Assembly: GCA_036785375.1 (NCBI GenBank)
Contig: JAWMAR010000210.1
Location: 3,224,001 to 3,288,000 of the forward strand
Reading direction: 5' to 3'
Length of the DNA: 64,000 nt
Source of the DNA: Leucoraja ocellata
Lineage: Eukaryota
In this document: piece by piece, positions 1 through 13,348 of the stretch
Layout: the number at the start of each line of letters is the position of its first letter
How positions within the stretch are numbered: the first letter of the stretch is position 1
Position numbers and translations under genes: made by a program
Notes under the pieces: model-generated
Told to the model about the DNA's origin: nothing
Database searches by the model: none
The model's input: the letters and a program-made list of their open reading frames with translations, nothing else

Positions 1-351
1 CGTACAGTCCATACATAGTGCGGTGGCAATGTTCGACGTCCTATCGACCTGCCTGGTCATTGTGAACGATTCCATGCCATTTTATAGAGAAACGATGAAC
101 TTTCTCCCGACCGTCCTGGCCACCACTTAACCTTGAAGTTGCAATGCTGAGCCAGATTAGTCTCACAGTTTGCTGTTCACAGTTTGACGGCCACTGCTCC
201 CGCACTGCAAGGCTTCGACTGTTGCTTGTGAAGAGTAAGTTCTCTCTTTGTGCAGCTTTTGCTTTGGTTTGTGGATTTTAACCGCGTTTGAGAATAAACA
301 CAACACAAGCCCACTGATCTTACATCGGGGACATTTCAAACTGTATACATT

Positions 352-745
352 GTCTGAAGAAGGGTCTCGACCCGAAACGTCACCCATTCCTTCTCTCCAG
401 AGATGTTACCTGTCTGGCTGAGTAAATTCATTAATTTGTGTCTCACTTCTGTGTACATTGTAGCCCATTGCACAGAGTACATCATGTGTAGGAAGGAACT
501 GCAGATGCTGGTATAAACGGAAGATATATACGAAAAACTGGAGTAACTCAGCGGGTCAGGCAGCATCTCTGAAGAAAAAGAATGGGTGACGTTTCTGGTC
601 GAGACCCTTCTTCAGACTGAGAGTCACCAGAAAGGGAAACGATATATTTAAATGAAGTAGAGAGATATGGAATAGATGAATGAAATATATGCAAAAAAGT
701 AAGGACGATAAAAGAGACATTGTTAGTGTGGCTTAGGTGAAAGCA
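352..745. mobile_element. Two oppositely oriented Penelope terminal-repeat-derived short elements (352-450 +, 486-745 -)
   Basis: Family motifs ctccagagatgctgcctg..gctgagt and gtgtaggaaggaactgcagatgctgg, shared with ~20 other copies in the window. Confidence 0.8.
354..381 (+). ncRNA. Minimal hammerhead ribozyme core in a Penelope terminal-repeat copy
   Basis: CTGAAGA (354-360), A, stem II GGGT-CTCG-ACCC, GAAA (374-377), palindromic ACGT stem III, predicted GUC cleavage triplet ending at 381. Stem I is only ~2 bp. Confidence 0.7.
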
Positions 746-1235
746 TAGTACATAATATCCATTGCAAAGATACCCTTCCCCCGAGATCTGCCTGGCAATT
801 TCTTAGCTTAGCTTTCATTCCGTCCGTCTGCGCCGCCGATTTCTGAAGCTGGGCCATGGAAATATAGATCACGGCAATAAAACTTAATTGCATTTTTAAT
901 GATCAGTGCGAAGTGCGTAATGGAATTTTTAAAATGAAGCATCCGATGTCCCTTTGTCGCCGGCTGCAAACTCGATATCCGGGAGATGATTAGAATCCTC
1001 TTTCAAACCAGAGTTGTCCGACAGCGTTTATGCCGCTCGCTGTGTGAGCGTGCGCCGCATAATACTTCTCAGCAACCAGTGGTCCAAATCAAAGACAGCC
1101 CTCGTCGCTTTAAAGATCCTTCCTCGTGCTCCATCGCTCCTTCTCCCTTGATCTCAGCGGAGAGAAGACTGCGAGGCAGTTAGCGCTTCACTGCGGGATA
1201 ACGAGGATGCTCCGTGCAGACTTGCAATAAGTGAA

Positions 1236-1512
1236 GATAGACACAAAATGCTGGAGTAACTACACGAGACAGGCAGCATCTCTGGAGAGAAGGAATGGGT
1301 GATGGTTCGGGTCGAGACCAGATTAGTTAGGGACCAGGGAAACGAGAGATATATAGACGTTGGTGTGGAGAGATAAAGAACAATGAATGAAAGATATGCA
1401 AAAAAAAGTGACGATGATAAGGGAAACAGGCCATTGTAAGTGTTTGTTGGGTGAAAACGAGAAGCTTGGTCTATCTTTGGTTTAAATCAGCATCTGCAGT
1501 TCCATCCTACAC
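1236..1512. mobile_element. Penelope-derived short element with inverted terminal segment and 15-bp TSD
   Basis: Flanked by cttgcaataagtgaa (1221-1235) and cttgcaattagtgaa (1513-1527). Confidence 0.82.
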
Positions 1513-1745
1513 CTTGCAATTAGTGAAATGGACCTGATGCTCCATTTAACGCAGCACCTCTAATCCAACCCGAAGCGAAGCCGAATGTGACAACTGAACG
1601 GGCGGCAAATAACTCAATTTCCTCGTATGTAGGAAAGAAATGCAGATGCTGGTTTAAACCGAAGATAGACACGACATGCTGGAGGAACTGCCCCACTGAG
1701 TTCCTCCAGCATCTCGTGTCTATCTTCCATTTCCTTTTATATGAT

Positions 1746-2036
1746 TTTAGTTTAGTGTGGAGATGCAGCGTGGAAACAGGCCCTGCGGCCCAGCGAGTGC
1801 ATACTGACCACCGATCACCCGTTCGTACACTCTAGCTCCACACACTAGGGGCAAATTACAGAGGGCAAGTAATCTGGAAACCCGCAAGTCTTTGGCATGT
1901 GGGAAGAAACCGGAGCGCTCGGAGGAAACCCACGCGGTCACAGGGAGAACGTGCAAACTCCACACAGACAGCACCCGAGGTCATGATCGAACCCGGGTCT
2001 CTGGCGCTGTGAGGCAACAGCTCCACCAGCTGCGCC
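1746..2036 (-). mobile_element. tRNA-derived SINE (HE1 / V-SINE type)
   Basis: Reverse complement has a tRNA-like head with B box GGTTCGATC, the central gtttgcacgttctccctgtgacc domain and a CR1-like tail ending (ACTAA)n. Confidence 0.85.
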
Positions 2037-2989
2037 TATGCATACATACACCCTGAAATATTTATATTATTTTGGCCATAACTTTGTATATGCGCACACG
2101 CCGCCCAATAGATGCTACTATGCGAAATTGAAACCTCTTAGATTGCTGGTTAACAATACCCTTTTGAGTTTAATGAGTGTGATATGCGTTTACAGCAAGT
2201 TTAAAATCACTTAATGCACGTTTAATTTTGACGCTTGGGCACGTGAATCTTGTTAGACATTTCCATTGTAGCTTTATACTTGAGCAGCTTGCGGTGCGTA
2301 GGCTGACGGTCTGCAGTCACACAAGCAAACACATCAGAACTCTGCTCATGGACCTCGGCGGGTTTAGGGTTCATAATATACAGTTCCTACTAATAAAATG
2401 CTCCGATTCATAATTTCCAAGGAAGAGTTAGGATACCGGTCCAAAAAGTGGCATGAAAAACAAAGTGCCGCGTTCCCGTGAATTAGCGAAAGAGGCACTG
2501 TGCCTCGAAATAACGCGTGTAGAACTTCAAAGGCAGCTGCAGGAAAAGCTAATTCCTTCATAAAAATTAAACACATCTGTATCTCTTTATTGGTGCCGGT
2601 CTTTTATTTTCTGGAGTTGGATATGTTCCAATGTGTCAAAGTACGAAAAGGAAATCCCCGGCGATTTCATTTGACACACATGTGGTCATTGAATGCCTTG
2701 GAGCATTGAAACTGACTCTTTAAGGATGTCGGTGATTTCCACAGAGGATGCGAGTATAGATGGAGTTCTGGCGGTTCAGACATTTCAACGAGCAGGCTCT
2801 GCTTCAGACTGGCAAATAGAGCCGAAGATAGACACAAAAAGCTGGAGTAACACAGCGGGACAGGCAGCATCTCTGGAGAGAAGGAATGGGTGCGTTTCGG
2901 GTCGAGACCCTTCTTCAGACCCTTCTTCGGGACTCGAAACGTTCCTTCTCTCCAGCATGTTACGTCTATCTCCGGTTTAAACCAACATC

Positions 2990-3324
2990 TACCACACGCG
3001 GTGCCTCAGGAAGGCCGTCAGCATCCATAAAGACTCATCACACCCCTGTAACGGACTGTTTGAACTACTTCCCTCCGGCAGACGTTACAAGGCCTTCTAC
3101 GCCCGAACCTCCAGACTCAGAAACAGCTTTATTCCAAGAGCTATGGGGGGCTGAACCGGCCCTGCTGAGTGCCCCCCACCCCCCTGGACTGTCTCCCTCG
3201 GTTGGTCACGACACACAGCTTATTTATTTATTTTACTTTTCTTTTTCATCGGTTGGAGCTGCATACTAAATCTCGTTGCACTGACCTGCAATGACAATAA
3301 AAGATATTATCATTATTATTATTA
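2990..3324 (+). mobile_element. Rex1/Babar-type LINE 3' fragment (same family as 59915-60661)
   Basis: Near-identical to 60250-60480, with a matching (att)n tail. Confidence 0.85.
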
Positions 3325-3654
3325 TCTGTAGTTCCTCCCTACACACCTGGCAAAAATAGCCGCTATCTTTTCCCGAATGGCTGAGTACGCGACGTGTGGG
3401 CAATGATGCCCTTCGAAAATGAATGGCTGTGACTCGTGCCATTTGTTCACTGGGTCGTTCGATTCACAGCAACAAAAGGGTCTCACAGGCATTTCCCCTA
3501 CTTTTATTTGCATTTGCCCCACATATGACAATGGTATCACTTATTTTGACCTCTTTGGCACTTCGGATTTCGAATAAAAATTTGAAACGCTTGTTAAACA
3601 AAAGTGTAGTGACAGATTGCTACTACAAAAAGTAATAGACTTTAGACAATAGAC

Positions 3655-3870
3655 AATAGACAATAGGTGCAGGAGTAGGCCATTTGACCCTTCGAGCCAG
3701 CACCGCCATTCAATGGCTGATCATGGCTGATCATCCCCAATCAGTACCCCGTCCCTGCCTTCTCCACATATCCCCTGACTCCGCTATTTTTAAGCCCTAT
3801 CTAGCTCTCTCTTTAAAGTATCCAAAGAACCCTCCTCCACCGCCTTCTGAGGCAGAGAATTCCACAGACT
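3655..3870 (-). mobile_element. CR1/HER1 LINE 3' end
   Basis: (caataga)n tail followed by ggtgcaggagtaggccatt..cccttcgagccagcaccgccattc, the reverse complement of the CR1 3' UTR. Confidence 0.8.
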
Positions 3871-5054
3871 TTAAGAAGAGACATGGATTGGCGAGGTTTT
3901 GGATCGGCACCCTTCTCCATGCCCCAGGAGAAGGGACCCGGCCCGAAACGTGGCCCCAGTCCCCTCCACAGGATGCACAAATCCTGGTAGTATTTCTGAA
4001 CCGGTTGAGTGGTTGTACTGTCATAAGATCTTAGGTCCAATTGGCACTTCAAGGATTGAAACAACGAGTGAACTTCCGTGCTGTATTGAGATGGCTCTCT
4101 ACTGCCAGAGGTTAAACTTGTCAGAGGGCACCTTGGTCCCTGCATCAATATTGCCAATAACGGAAGAACACTGTTTCAAAGAATCTCAAAATCTGATGCT
4201 TCATATGTCAAACAGAAAGTACTGGAGTAACTCAGCGGGTCAGGCAGCATCTGTGGAAGGAATGAATAAAGTGACGTTTCGGGTCGGGATCTGTATTGAT
4301 ACTGATTGTATTCCTGCCCTCGCCCCTATCAAATGTTGCCGGCTCCAGTGCCTTCTCTGCAGTTCTCCTTTAGTTTCCGCCACACTGCAGCAATGTATTC
4401 TAAAATAACAAAAATGTAAAACGTTGAGCGACGTCCTGAAATGTTAAAGGCGCAATATAAACACAAGACTCCTTTATTATCCGCGCGTGTATTTAGTGCT
4501 TGTTGAAAGTTAACTGGATCGCCTTGATAATTTTTACGGCTGATGCTGTGTAACGCTGCACTGCTGAAACATTGACTTTCAGAAATAGCTTCAGAGCAGC
4601 ACTATTTTATTTTCTCTCCAATCCCCGTCACATGGTCGAAAATACTACATTTGACTTGGATGTTTCAAGTCTAGTCTATATGATACATTCATTGTGGTGG
4701 TTTGTGCGACCACAGCAAAAAATATGTTTTGTTTTGACGATGAATATTTCAGTTTCTACAGATGACTACTTCCAACTGTTTGCCCTTATTTATTTCAGAT
4801 TTCCAGAATCCGCAGTTTTTATTCATGCTCTTGTTTTTACAGTGTTTGGCAAATCTTTGTGTACTCCCTAGGCGAAGTATGTCGTATCACCGGGCTGTGC
4901 GCAAAATAAAGTATTTCACTGTACTTGTGGCAGTAAAGTATAATTGAATCATTGAGTCTTTTTTTTTTGTTCCCTCATACATAGACAAATGTGCCTCAAA
5001 TACACTTGGCATGGAGTGGCAAGAAAATCATACCTGATAATCATGGTTTGATGA

Positions 5055-5790
5055 CACAAGGAACTGCAGACGCTGGAATCATGGGTACAGCACAGTGCTG
5101 GAGTAACTCAACTAGTCAGGCAGCATCTGTGGAAGGAATGGATAGGCGACGTTTCGCCTCTGGGCCCTTCGTCAGAATCAGAAGAGTCCCGGACCGCAGT
5201 CGGCTCTCCATTCCTTCCGCAGATGCTGTCTAAACTGCTGAGTTACTCCAGCACTTAGTGTTTGAAGAAGGATTTCGACCCGAAACGCCAGTCGTTTTCT
5301 TCAGAGATGCTACCTGACCCGCTGAATTAAAGCAGCATCTGCAGTTCCTTCCTGCTCTTAGTGTTTTGATTTTGATTTGATGTTTTCTTCAACAATTCCC
5401 CTTTTCCTCAACAGTGAGACCAAACACTGTGTGGTCTTAAATACAAATAATTGCAAGGTCTGAATGATATAAAGTATCTGCTGCCCGATATCCCTTTTCA
5501 ATGAAATGAAATGATGAGATTCCCTTTGCTCTCTTTCGCTCGGTGCCCACACCGATGTGACGACAAGGCAAGGGCTTAAGCAGACAGGGCAGGAGCAGAT
5601 ACTGGGACCTTTCAACCATAAAAAAAAATTCTGGATGAACCCAGTGGGCCAGGCAGCATATGTGGAGGGAAATGGGCAAGCAAGGTTTCAGGTCGGGACC
5701 CTTCAATCTGAAACGACCCGAAACTTCGGCTCTCCATTTCTCTCCACAGAAGATGACTGACCCGCTGAGCTTTTCCAGCAGTTCGCTTTT
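5055..5790. mobile_element. Older fold-back Penelope-derived short elements (5055-5353, ~5620-5790)
   Basis: Inverted pairs of gctggagtaactca..gcagcatct and agatgctg..ctgagttactccagc with decayed ribozyme motifs. Confidence 0.7.
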
Positions 5791-6831
5791 TGGCATCAGG
5801 TTAACGCTGGCGTGGCTTATCGTTTAGCCGGTTCCCTTTGCACTCCCCAATGACATTGCACGGCTCTCGCCTTGGAATGGGTCTGGGCCCATGCCCTAGG
5901 GAATGTTGCCAGCGACCCCTTCCATTGTTTAATTCCTATATTACACTGTACATTTTATCGTGGAAAGAACTTTGACGCGCGAGCATGTGGGTGAACCTAA
6001 AGTATATCAATAGCGAATAGTTATCGAAGGGGTTATATTCTCCTTTGTACATTACATCCGCAATACAGCAAGAAGCAGTTACATTCTGTTGCTGTGTGGG
6101 TGAAATTAATCCCAGTCCCAGATAATGTGGGGGATAATAGGGGGAATTATTCAGTCTCTCTTTGTAAGGAAACATGTACCGACAACGGAACAATGACATT
6201 CTTACCTGCATCAGCCTAAAGCCTGTAAACACAATGAACATGGATAATATATAATGCACAAAAAAATCAGTATATTACAAACCACAATACTAGTGCACAA
6301 ACGTTCAAAATCCTTCGTGCACAGTTCTTAGTGCAACCAAGGATATTCCTTCGAAGTTCATAGTTTAGGTCAGTGTTGTATAGTGGCCAAGAGCCTGATG
6401 GTTGGTGGGAAGAAGCTGTTCTTGAATTTGGTGGTCAGGGTATTCAGACTCCTCGACCTTCTTTCTGATGGTAGGAGAGAAATGAGAGTGTGGCGAGGAT
6501 GATGTTGGTAATTGTTGAGGCAGTGCCTCTCATAGATCCCGATAGACGCGGGGGAGGTGAGTATCTGTGATGGACTGTAAACTAGACTACTTTAGGGCAG
6601 TGTAAACAGGAGAAAGGAAAAGTCGGATGCCTGGCTGCTGTGATTTCTCATTAGAATTGTGACTAATATTTAAATGTATTTCATTCTTTTCAACTCGAGT
6701 GTCATCGGAAAGGCCAGCATTTGATGCTCATCTTTAAATTCCCAGGAAATGAGTGGCTTCCTCAGTCATTTAAACGCCAACCACTATGGTGAGTGTGTAT
6801 CAAATACAGGCAGATCAGGTAAAGACGGCAG

Positions 6832-7062
6832 GGTGTGTGGGGAGGAACTGCAAATGCTGGTTTAAACCGAAGATAGACACAAAAAGCTGGAGTAACTCAG
6901 TGAGTCAGACAGCATCACTGGAGAAAAGGGATAGGTGACATTTCGGGTGGAGACCCGAAACGTCACCTATTCCTTTTCTTCCGAGATCTGAAATGTCACC
7001 TATCCCTTTTCTCCAGAGATGCTGCCTGACCTGCTGAGTTACTCCAGCTTTTTGTGTCTATC
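6832..7062. mobile_element. Fold-back Penelope-derived element with 12-bp TSD, inserted into an older SINE-like repeat (~6700-7280)
   Basis: TSD taaagacggcag (6820-6831) / taaagatggcag (7063-7074). The arms invert around gggtggagaccc at ~6950. Confidence 0.85.
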
Positions 7063-7714
7063 TAAAGATGGCAGAGTCTGGCCCCAGAAGGGATTTCATG
7101 ATAACCCAGTAGTCTTTGTGGGCATTATTACCAATGAGTAACTTTGTGTTAAATTGCACATTATTAGCGGAATGTAATTTCCACAGCTAATATGGTGGGT
7201 TTGAACTCAGATCTCTGGAGTGTTAATGATGGTCTCTAAACTGCTAATCCACCAATTTAGCAGCACACCTCCACTGTGCAATATCATGACACAGGATGTG
7301 AAAGATGCCATGATAAATGCAGGCCTGTCTTTGTTGTTTAAATATAATTCATTTTGAAGTCAATGTTAAGACGTTACCACCAACATTAATCGTGCTTGGA
7401 TCAACCTATACTTCAAAGCTATTTACAATTTTGCAGCAATCATGCAAGCCATATCTAAAATGTTGTGTGCAATTTCAGTTGTATTAAATTCCTTTGAAGT
7501 GAAGACATTCCCATTGAATTTTATGAAGATGACTGAGATCATCTTGATCAGATAATGTGCCATTGCTATAGCTGTACATATGCCAGTGTCATATGATGGC
7601 AATGGGTTTGATGTGAAGTTTGCAGTTAGTCAAGGTTTCTAGCTTGGAGCATTTTACATTTCATCCTTATACTGTTTCATGTTAATAAGGAGTCAGCTGT
7701 CCCAGAGTGTAATG

Positions 7715-10029
7715 CTGAACTCTTTTCAATTTGAGAAGGAGAAGGTTAAATCGGAAGTGTCAGTGATGCAGTTGAACAAAGAGGCTATGAAGGCATGAGG
7801 GAGGAGCTGGCCAAGGCAGACTGGAAAGGGATCCTAGCATGAATGACGGTGGAACAGCAATGGCAGGAACATCTGGGCATAATCCGGAAGACGCAGGGTC
7901 ATTTCATTCCAAAAAGGAAGAAAGATTCTAAGGGGAGTAGGAGGCAACTGTGGCTGACAAGAGAAGTTAGGGATTGAATAAAACTAAAGGAAAAGGTGTA
8001 TAACACAGCAAAGAGTAGCCGGAGGCCAGAGGCCAACAGAAGGAAACAAAACAGGCAATACGGGCTGAAAAGATGAAGTATGAGGGGAAGCTGGCCAGGA
8101 ATATAAAGAAGGACAGTAAAAGGTTATTTAGATATGTTAAGGGAAAAAGAATAGCAAAGTCAAATGTGGGTCCTTTGGAGGAAGACACGGGTGAAATTAT
8201 TATGGGGAACAAGGAAATGCCAGAAGAATTGAACAGGTACTTCAGATCTGTCTTCACTAAGGAAGACACAAACAATCTCCCAGAAGTACTGGAGGACAAA
8301 GGATATTAGGAGGTAGAGGAACTGAAAGTAATTTTCATTAGGCGAGAAATAGTATTGGGTAGGGTAACCATATAACAATTACAGCACGGAAACAGGCCAT
8401 CTCGACCCTTCTAGTCCGTGCCGAAATGGGTAATGGGACTGAAGGATAAAAAATCCACTGGGCCTGCTGGTCTGCATCCCAGGGTCCTCAGGGAGGTGGC
8501 TCTAGAAATAGTGGACGCATTGGTGATCATTTTCCAATGTTCAATACATTCAGGATCAATTCCTGTGGATTGGAGGATAGCTAATGTTATCCCACTTTTC
8601 AAGAAAGGAGCGAGAGAGAAAACGGGGAATTACAGACCAGTTAGCCTGACTTCGGTGGTGGGAAAGATGCTGGAATCAATTATTCAATATCAATATCAAT
8701 CAATCAATTAATATCAGTTTTATTCGTCACATGCACATAAAGTGCAAGTGAAATGAATTTGCCAGCAGCGGTACAATGAAAAAAAGAACACACAAAAACA
8801 CAGTAAAATTTTAACACAAACATCCATCACTGTGGTGGAAGGCACAACATTTGGCCAGTCCTCCTCCATTTTCCACCGTGGTCGGGACCTCAACCCTCCG
8901 CAGCCGCCGCTTAAAGAGATAATAATGGGGCATTTGGATAGCAGTAAAAGTATTAGTCCAAGTCAGCATGGATTTATGAAAGGAAAATCTATCCATGTAG
9001 GGTGCTGACATGGATAGAAAATTGTTTGGCAGACAGGAAGCAAAGAGTAGGAGTGAACGGGTCCTTTTCAGATTGGCAGGCAGTGGCGAGTGGAGTGCCA
9101 CAAGGCTCGGTGTTGGGGCCGCAACTGTTTACCACATATTTTAATGATTTGGAAGAGGGAATTAAGAGCAACACTAACAAGTTTGTGGATTCACAAAGCT
9201 GGGTGGCGTGCAGGTACAATCAATAACCCATGCCTGCCTTCCCCCCATATCCCTTGATTCCACCAGCCCCTAGAGCTCTATCTAACTCTCTCTTAAATCC
9301 ACCCAGGTGATTTGGCCTCCACTGCCCTCTGTGGCTGGGAATTGGCCTCCACTGCCCTCTGTGGCAGTGAAGAAAGCTAATGGAATGTTGGACTTCATAA
9401 CAAGAGGATTTCAGTAGAAGAGTAAAGAGGTTCTTCTGCAGTTGTATAGGGCTCTGGTACGACCACATCTGGAGTATTGCGTACAGTTTTGGTCTCCTAA
9501 TTTGAGGAAGGACATCCTTGTGATTGAGGCAGTGCAGCGTAGGTTCACGAGATTAATCCCTGGGATGGCGAGACTGTCATATGAGGAATGATTGAAAAGA
9601 CTAGGCTTGTATTCACTGGAGTTTTGAAGGATGAGGAAGGTCTTATAGAAATATAAAATTATAAAAGGACTTGACAGGTTAGATGCAGGAAAAATGTTCC
9701 CAATGTTGGACGAGTCCAGAACCAGGGGCCACAGTCTTAGAATAAAGGGGAGTTCATGTAGGACTGAGGTGAGGAAAATCTTTTTCACCCAGAGAGTTGT
9801 GAATTTGTGGAATTCCTGCCACAGAGGGCAGTGGAGGCCAAATCACTGGGTGGATTTAAGAGAGAGTTAGATAGAGCTCTAGGGGCTGGTGGAATCAAGG
9901 GATATGGGGGGAAGGCAGGCATGGGTTATTGATTGGGGATGATCAGCCATGATCACAATGAATGGCGGTGCTGGCTTGAAGGGCTGAATTACCTCTTTCT
10001 GCACCTATTTTCTATGTTTCTATGTTTCT
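7715..10029 (+). mobile_element. CR1-clade LINE (HER1-like) ORF2 3' portion, decayed, with nested insertions
   Basis: Peptides KRLFRYVKGKR, GLHPRVLREVA..DWRIANVIPLFKKG..GNYRPVSLTSVVGK, SGVPQGSVLGPQLF and RPHLEYCVQFWSP; 3' tail (tttctatg)n. Nested inserts at ~8366-8424, ~8685-8910 and 9217-9365. Confidence 0.92.
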
Positions 10030-12235
10030 TGGCATGACTTAGATCTCCGATTTATTTCATTTGAGGCAATCTTGAACCGACACTTGTAGCGCAACAATTC
10101 CATAGGTGTTTGAACTCTAAATTAAATTGAGCTATGTTATTTATAGTTAGAGTCAACAGGATCTGTGAGCAGGCTTGATTTAGGTTTATGAATGGTATGT
10201 ACTAAAGGATAACATACATGCAACAGATTATTCTGCCTGGAATATGCATTCCGAATCAGTCAAAAATACATTAGCAAACATTAAGATACATCAAAGTAAA
10301 GGGGTAAGAGTGGTTGCAGAAAAGCATTATTAAATCAATAGGTTTTGAAGAGACTCAGTGTGAATGCAACCAAAATAAGGATTTGGAAGAAAGAATTGCA
10401 GTGTTTCTGCACCAATAAATGAATGCAGAAGCATACTCTAGACACCTGTGCTTGAAAGGTACAAGTAGAAATGTTCACTTTGAGGGAGTTGCTTATGTAA
10501 TGCTGAACAAAGCCATGGAAGGATCCGAAGAGGAATGAGAATTTTGACATTACAGTACTGCAATGAGGAAAAATATGTCATTTTCAGGATGATATCTGTA
10601 GCATAGTGGAGAGTAGGATTAATTTAGAAATACTTAACAATGCATCAAAGCACAGGAATAGGCTCCTCAACCTATTTTATATGTGCCTGCTTGTCACTAA
10701 AACAATCAAAACACATCTTTCCATTTAAAGCCTTCAGCTTTTCTCTGTTCAAAATATTTACATGTTTTCCTTAAAATAAATAATATTTCTGTTTTCTAAA
10801 GAATTCCATATTATAACAAGCTTTTTGTAAAGGCTTTTATACTTTCTGTTTATTCTTGTAATAATCATTTTGTTTATGCCATTTTGCCATCAACTCCATA
10901 GATTTTATTCCTAGCCATTGTATGTAAAGCCTTATTTATTTAATAGAATTGTATTAAATCTTCTAATAAATTCCAGCACTCCAATTTCAGAGCCCTAAGT
11001 TTTTAAATATAAAACTGATAATGTTTGATGATATACTGTATGAATACAGGGTGGTGTTTGGAAGATTATTTATTACGTGATTAAGAAACACAATTACAGA
11101 AATGTTCTATAATTCGGAAGATGGGAAGATGTCACTAAAGCCGGGTAGGACGAATTGTGAGTAATACTTTGGAAGCATCGATTGTCATTTTTTCAGATGG
11201 ATTGGATGAAGGATTTATAATTCAACTAAGGTTAAGCAATATATTAAAGTTGTGACACAAGAGACTGCAGGTGCTGGAAGATTGACCAAAAAACAAAGTA
11301 CTGGACTAATTCATCAGGTCAGGCAACATCTGTGGAGGGAATAAGCAGTCAACGTTTTGGGCCAGGACTCTTCTTCAGACCAATGGAGATGGGGAGAGAA
11401 AGTTGGATTTTTTTTTAAAAGCTGGCAAAAGAGATATTAGGATGGGGCAGAGCCTAACAAGTGATAGGTGGGCACAGTTGGAGGGGGAGGGGTGTAGAAT
11501 GGTAGATGGATGGAGATAGCGACAAAGGCCAGAGATGAAAGTCAGTTGGTGTCATTGAGCTTGAGCGAGCATCAACAAAATAGGATGGGATCAGAATCTA
11601 AATTACAATTTATGAACAAAGCTGCAGTATTGACTTTGTTAAGGTGTTCATTATGTGTTCTTGATCTTAGCTTAATGCTGCATGGCAGTAATAATGGAGT
11701 TGAGCCCAATGAAGGATCTTGCATGCAGAAACAAATAATGACCCAATTCATGTAGCTAAAGTCACAGAAATCAAGATGCAGAATGAATTAATGTGTTCAA
11801 CGATTGAGCTAACCACGTCAGCAATGGAGAAAAATCTTTGGTATAAGATAAAACTAGAACCATGTTATAAACTATATCCATGTCAAATTGGCATTAAACA
11901 CCAAGTCTCAATAGCGTGAACAATGAAAAAGCCAGAAAACAAGGGATTTGAATACAAAACAATTGCATTGACATGGGTTGTGTAGTGGTGCGATATTTCA
12001 GGACCGCAGCAAGAGAAAAAAAAGTTAGATAGAGCAGTAATTGAGGGATTGAACATGGACATTGTATATGGTTTGAAAAGGAAAACACAATCTGAGAAAC
12101 AGAAGCAATGGGTGAGGTTTGAGCTGAGTAGGGATAATGTATTTCACAGATGCCAAGTTAGAAGATAGCTGGTGGTACTGGGTATAGTGGGCAATATGAG
12201 GTTATGGCTGGTACATGTGAGGGATATGTTCGCCA

Positions 12236-12445
12236 TAAGGTCATAAGTAATAGAAACAGAATTAGGCCATTCGGCCCATCAAGTCTACTCCACCATTCAA
12301 TCATGGCTGATTTATCTCTCCCTCTTAACCTCATGCTCCTGCCTTCTCCCCATAACCCCTGACACCCGTACTAATCAAGAACCTGTCTATCTCTGCTTTA
12401 AAAATCTCCATTGACTTGGCCTCCACAGCCTTCTGTGGCAACCAT
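12236..12445 (-). mobile_element. CR1/HER1 LINE 3' end
   Basis: Peptide LPQKAVEAKSMEIFKAEIDRFLISTGVRGYGEKAG. Confidence 0.8.
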
Positions 12446-12799
12446 CTCTCAACACCGACAAATATGATGTACCATGGAGTTGAAATATTTGAATAATATG
12501 GGTATTGATGTATAAATATTTGAATAATATGGGTACTGTCAAGATAAGAGCAGGTCATTGGGCCCTTCAGGCCTGTTCACAGAACATAGAACAACATGGG
12601 AACAGGCCCTTTGATCTACAATAGCCAATGCAAATGAGAAGCCAAGTTAAACTAATCTCCTTCACCTGCATGTGATCCATATCTCTGAATTCCTTACATA
12701 AGTATGTGCCAATCCAAACTTATCTTACATGCCACTAGTCAACACAATTATGGTTATTGATTCACATCCATATTCTGTTTGAGTTTTCTCCCTATATAT

Positions 12800-12975
12800 A
12801 GAAACAAAGAACTGCAGATGCTGGTTTACAAAAGAAGACACAAAGTGCTGTTTAGTCCTGGACATGGATAGGTGACGTTTCAGGTTGGGACCCTTCTTCA
12901 ACCTGAAACGTCACCAGTCCATGTTCTCCAGAGATGCTGCCTGACCCACTGAGTAACTCCAGCGCTTGTGTCTTC
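12800..12975. mobile_element. Fold-back Penelope-derived element
   Basis: ggtgacgtttcaggttgggacccttcttc followed by inverted aacctgaaacgtcacc...ctccagagatgctgcc. Confidence 0.75.
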
Positions 12976-13348
12976 TTCTCCCTATGTGCCTTGATTCCAT
13001 TGGCATGAAGATATATATCTATCTCCTTGAAGATATGTAATGCCTTGGTCTCTACTACCTTCTTTGGTAGATCATTCAATGTCCACAACCCTGCGATGAA
13101 GAGATTTCACTGAATCTTCTTTATAGATGGTATACTCCATATCCTAAAGTGGTGACTCTTGGTTTGTGACACTCCAGAAATTGGAAACATTATCCTTACA
13201 TCTAGTCTGTCTAGTCCTGAACAAAAATATATCAGGGAGAAAACATGACCATTTCTCTGATGCAAAATACCAGCAAGTAAAAATGTACAATCCTTTTGAG
13301 AAGTTTGGTTTTACATTAATATTGAATTGGGATATTATAGAACAAAGT

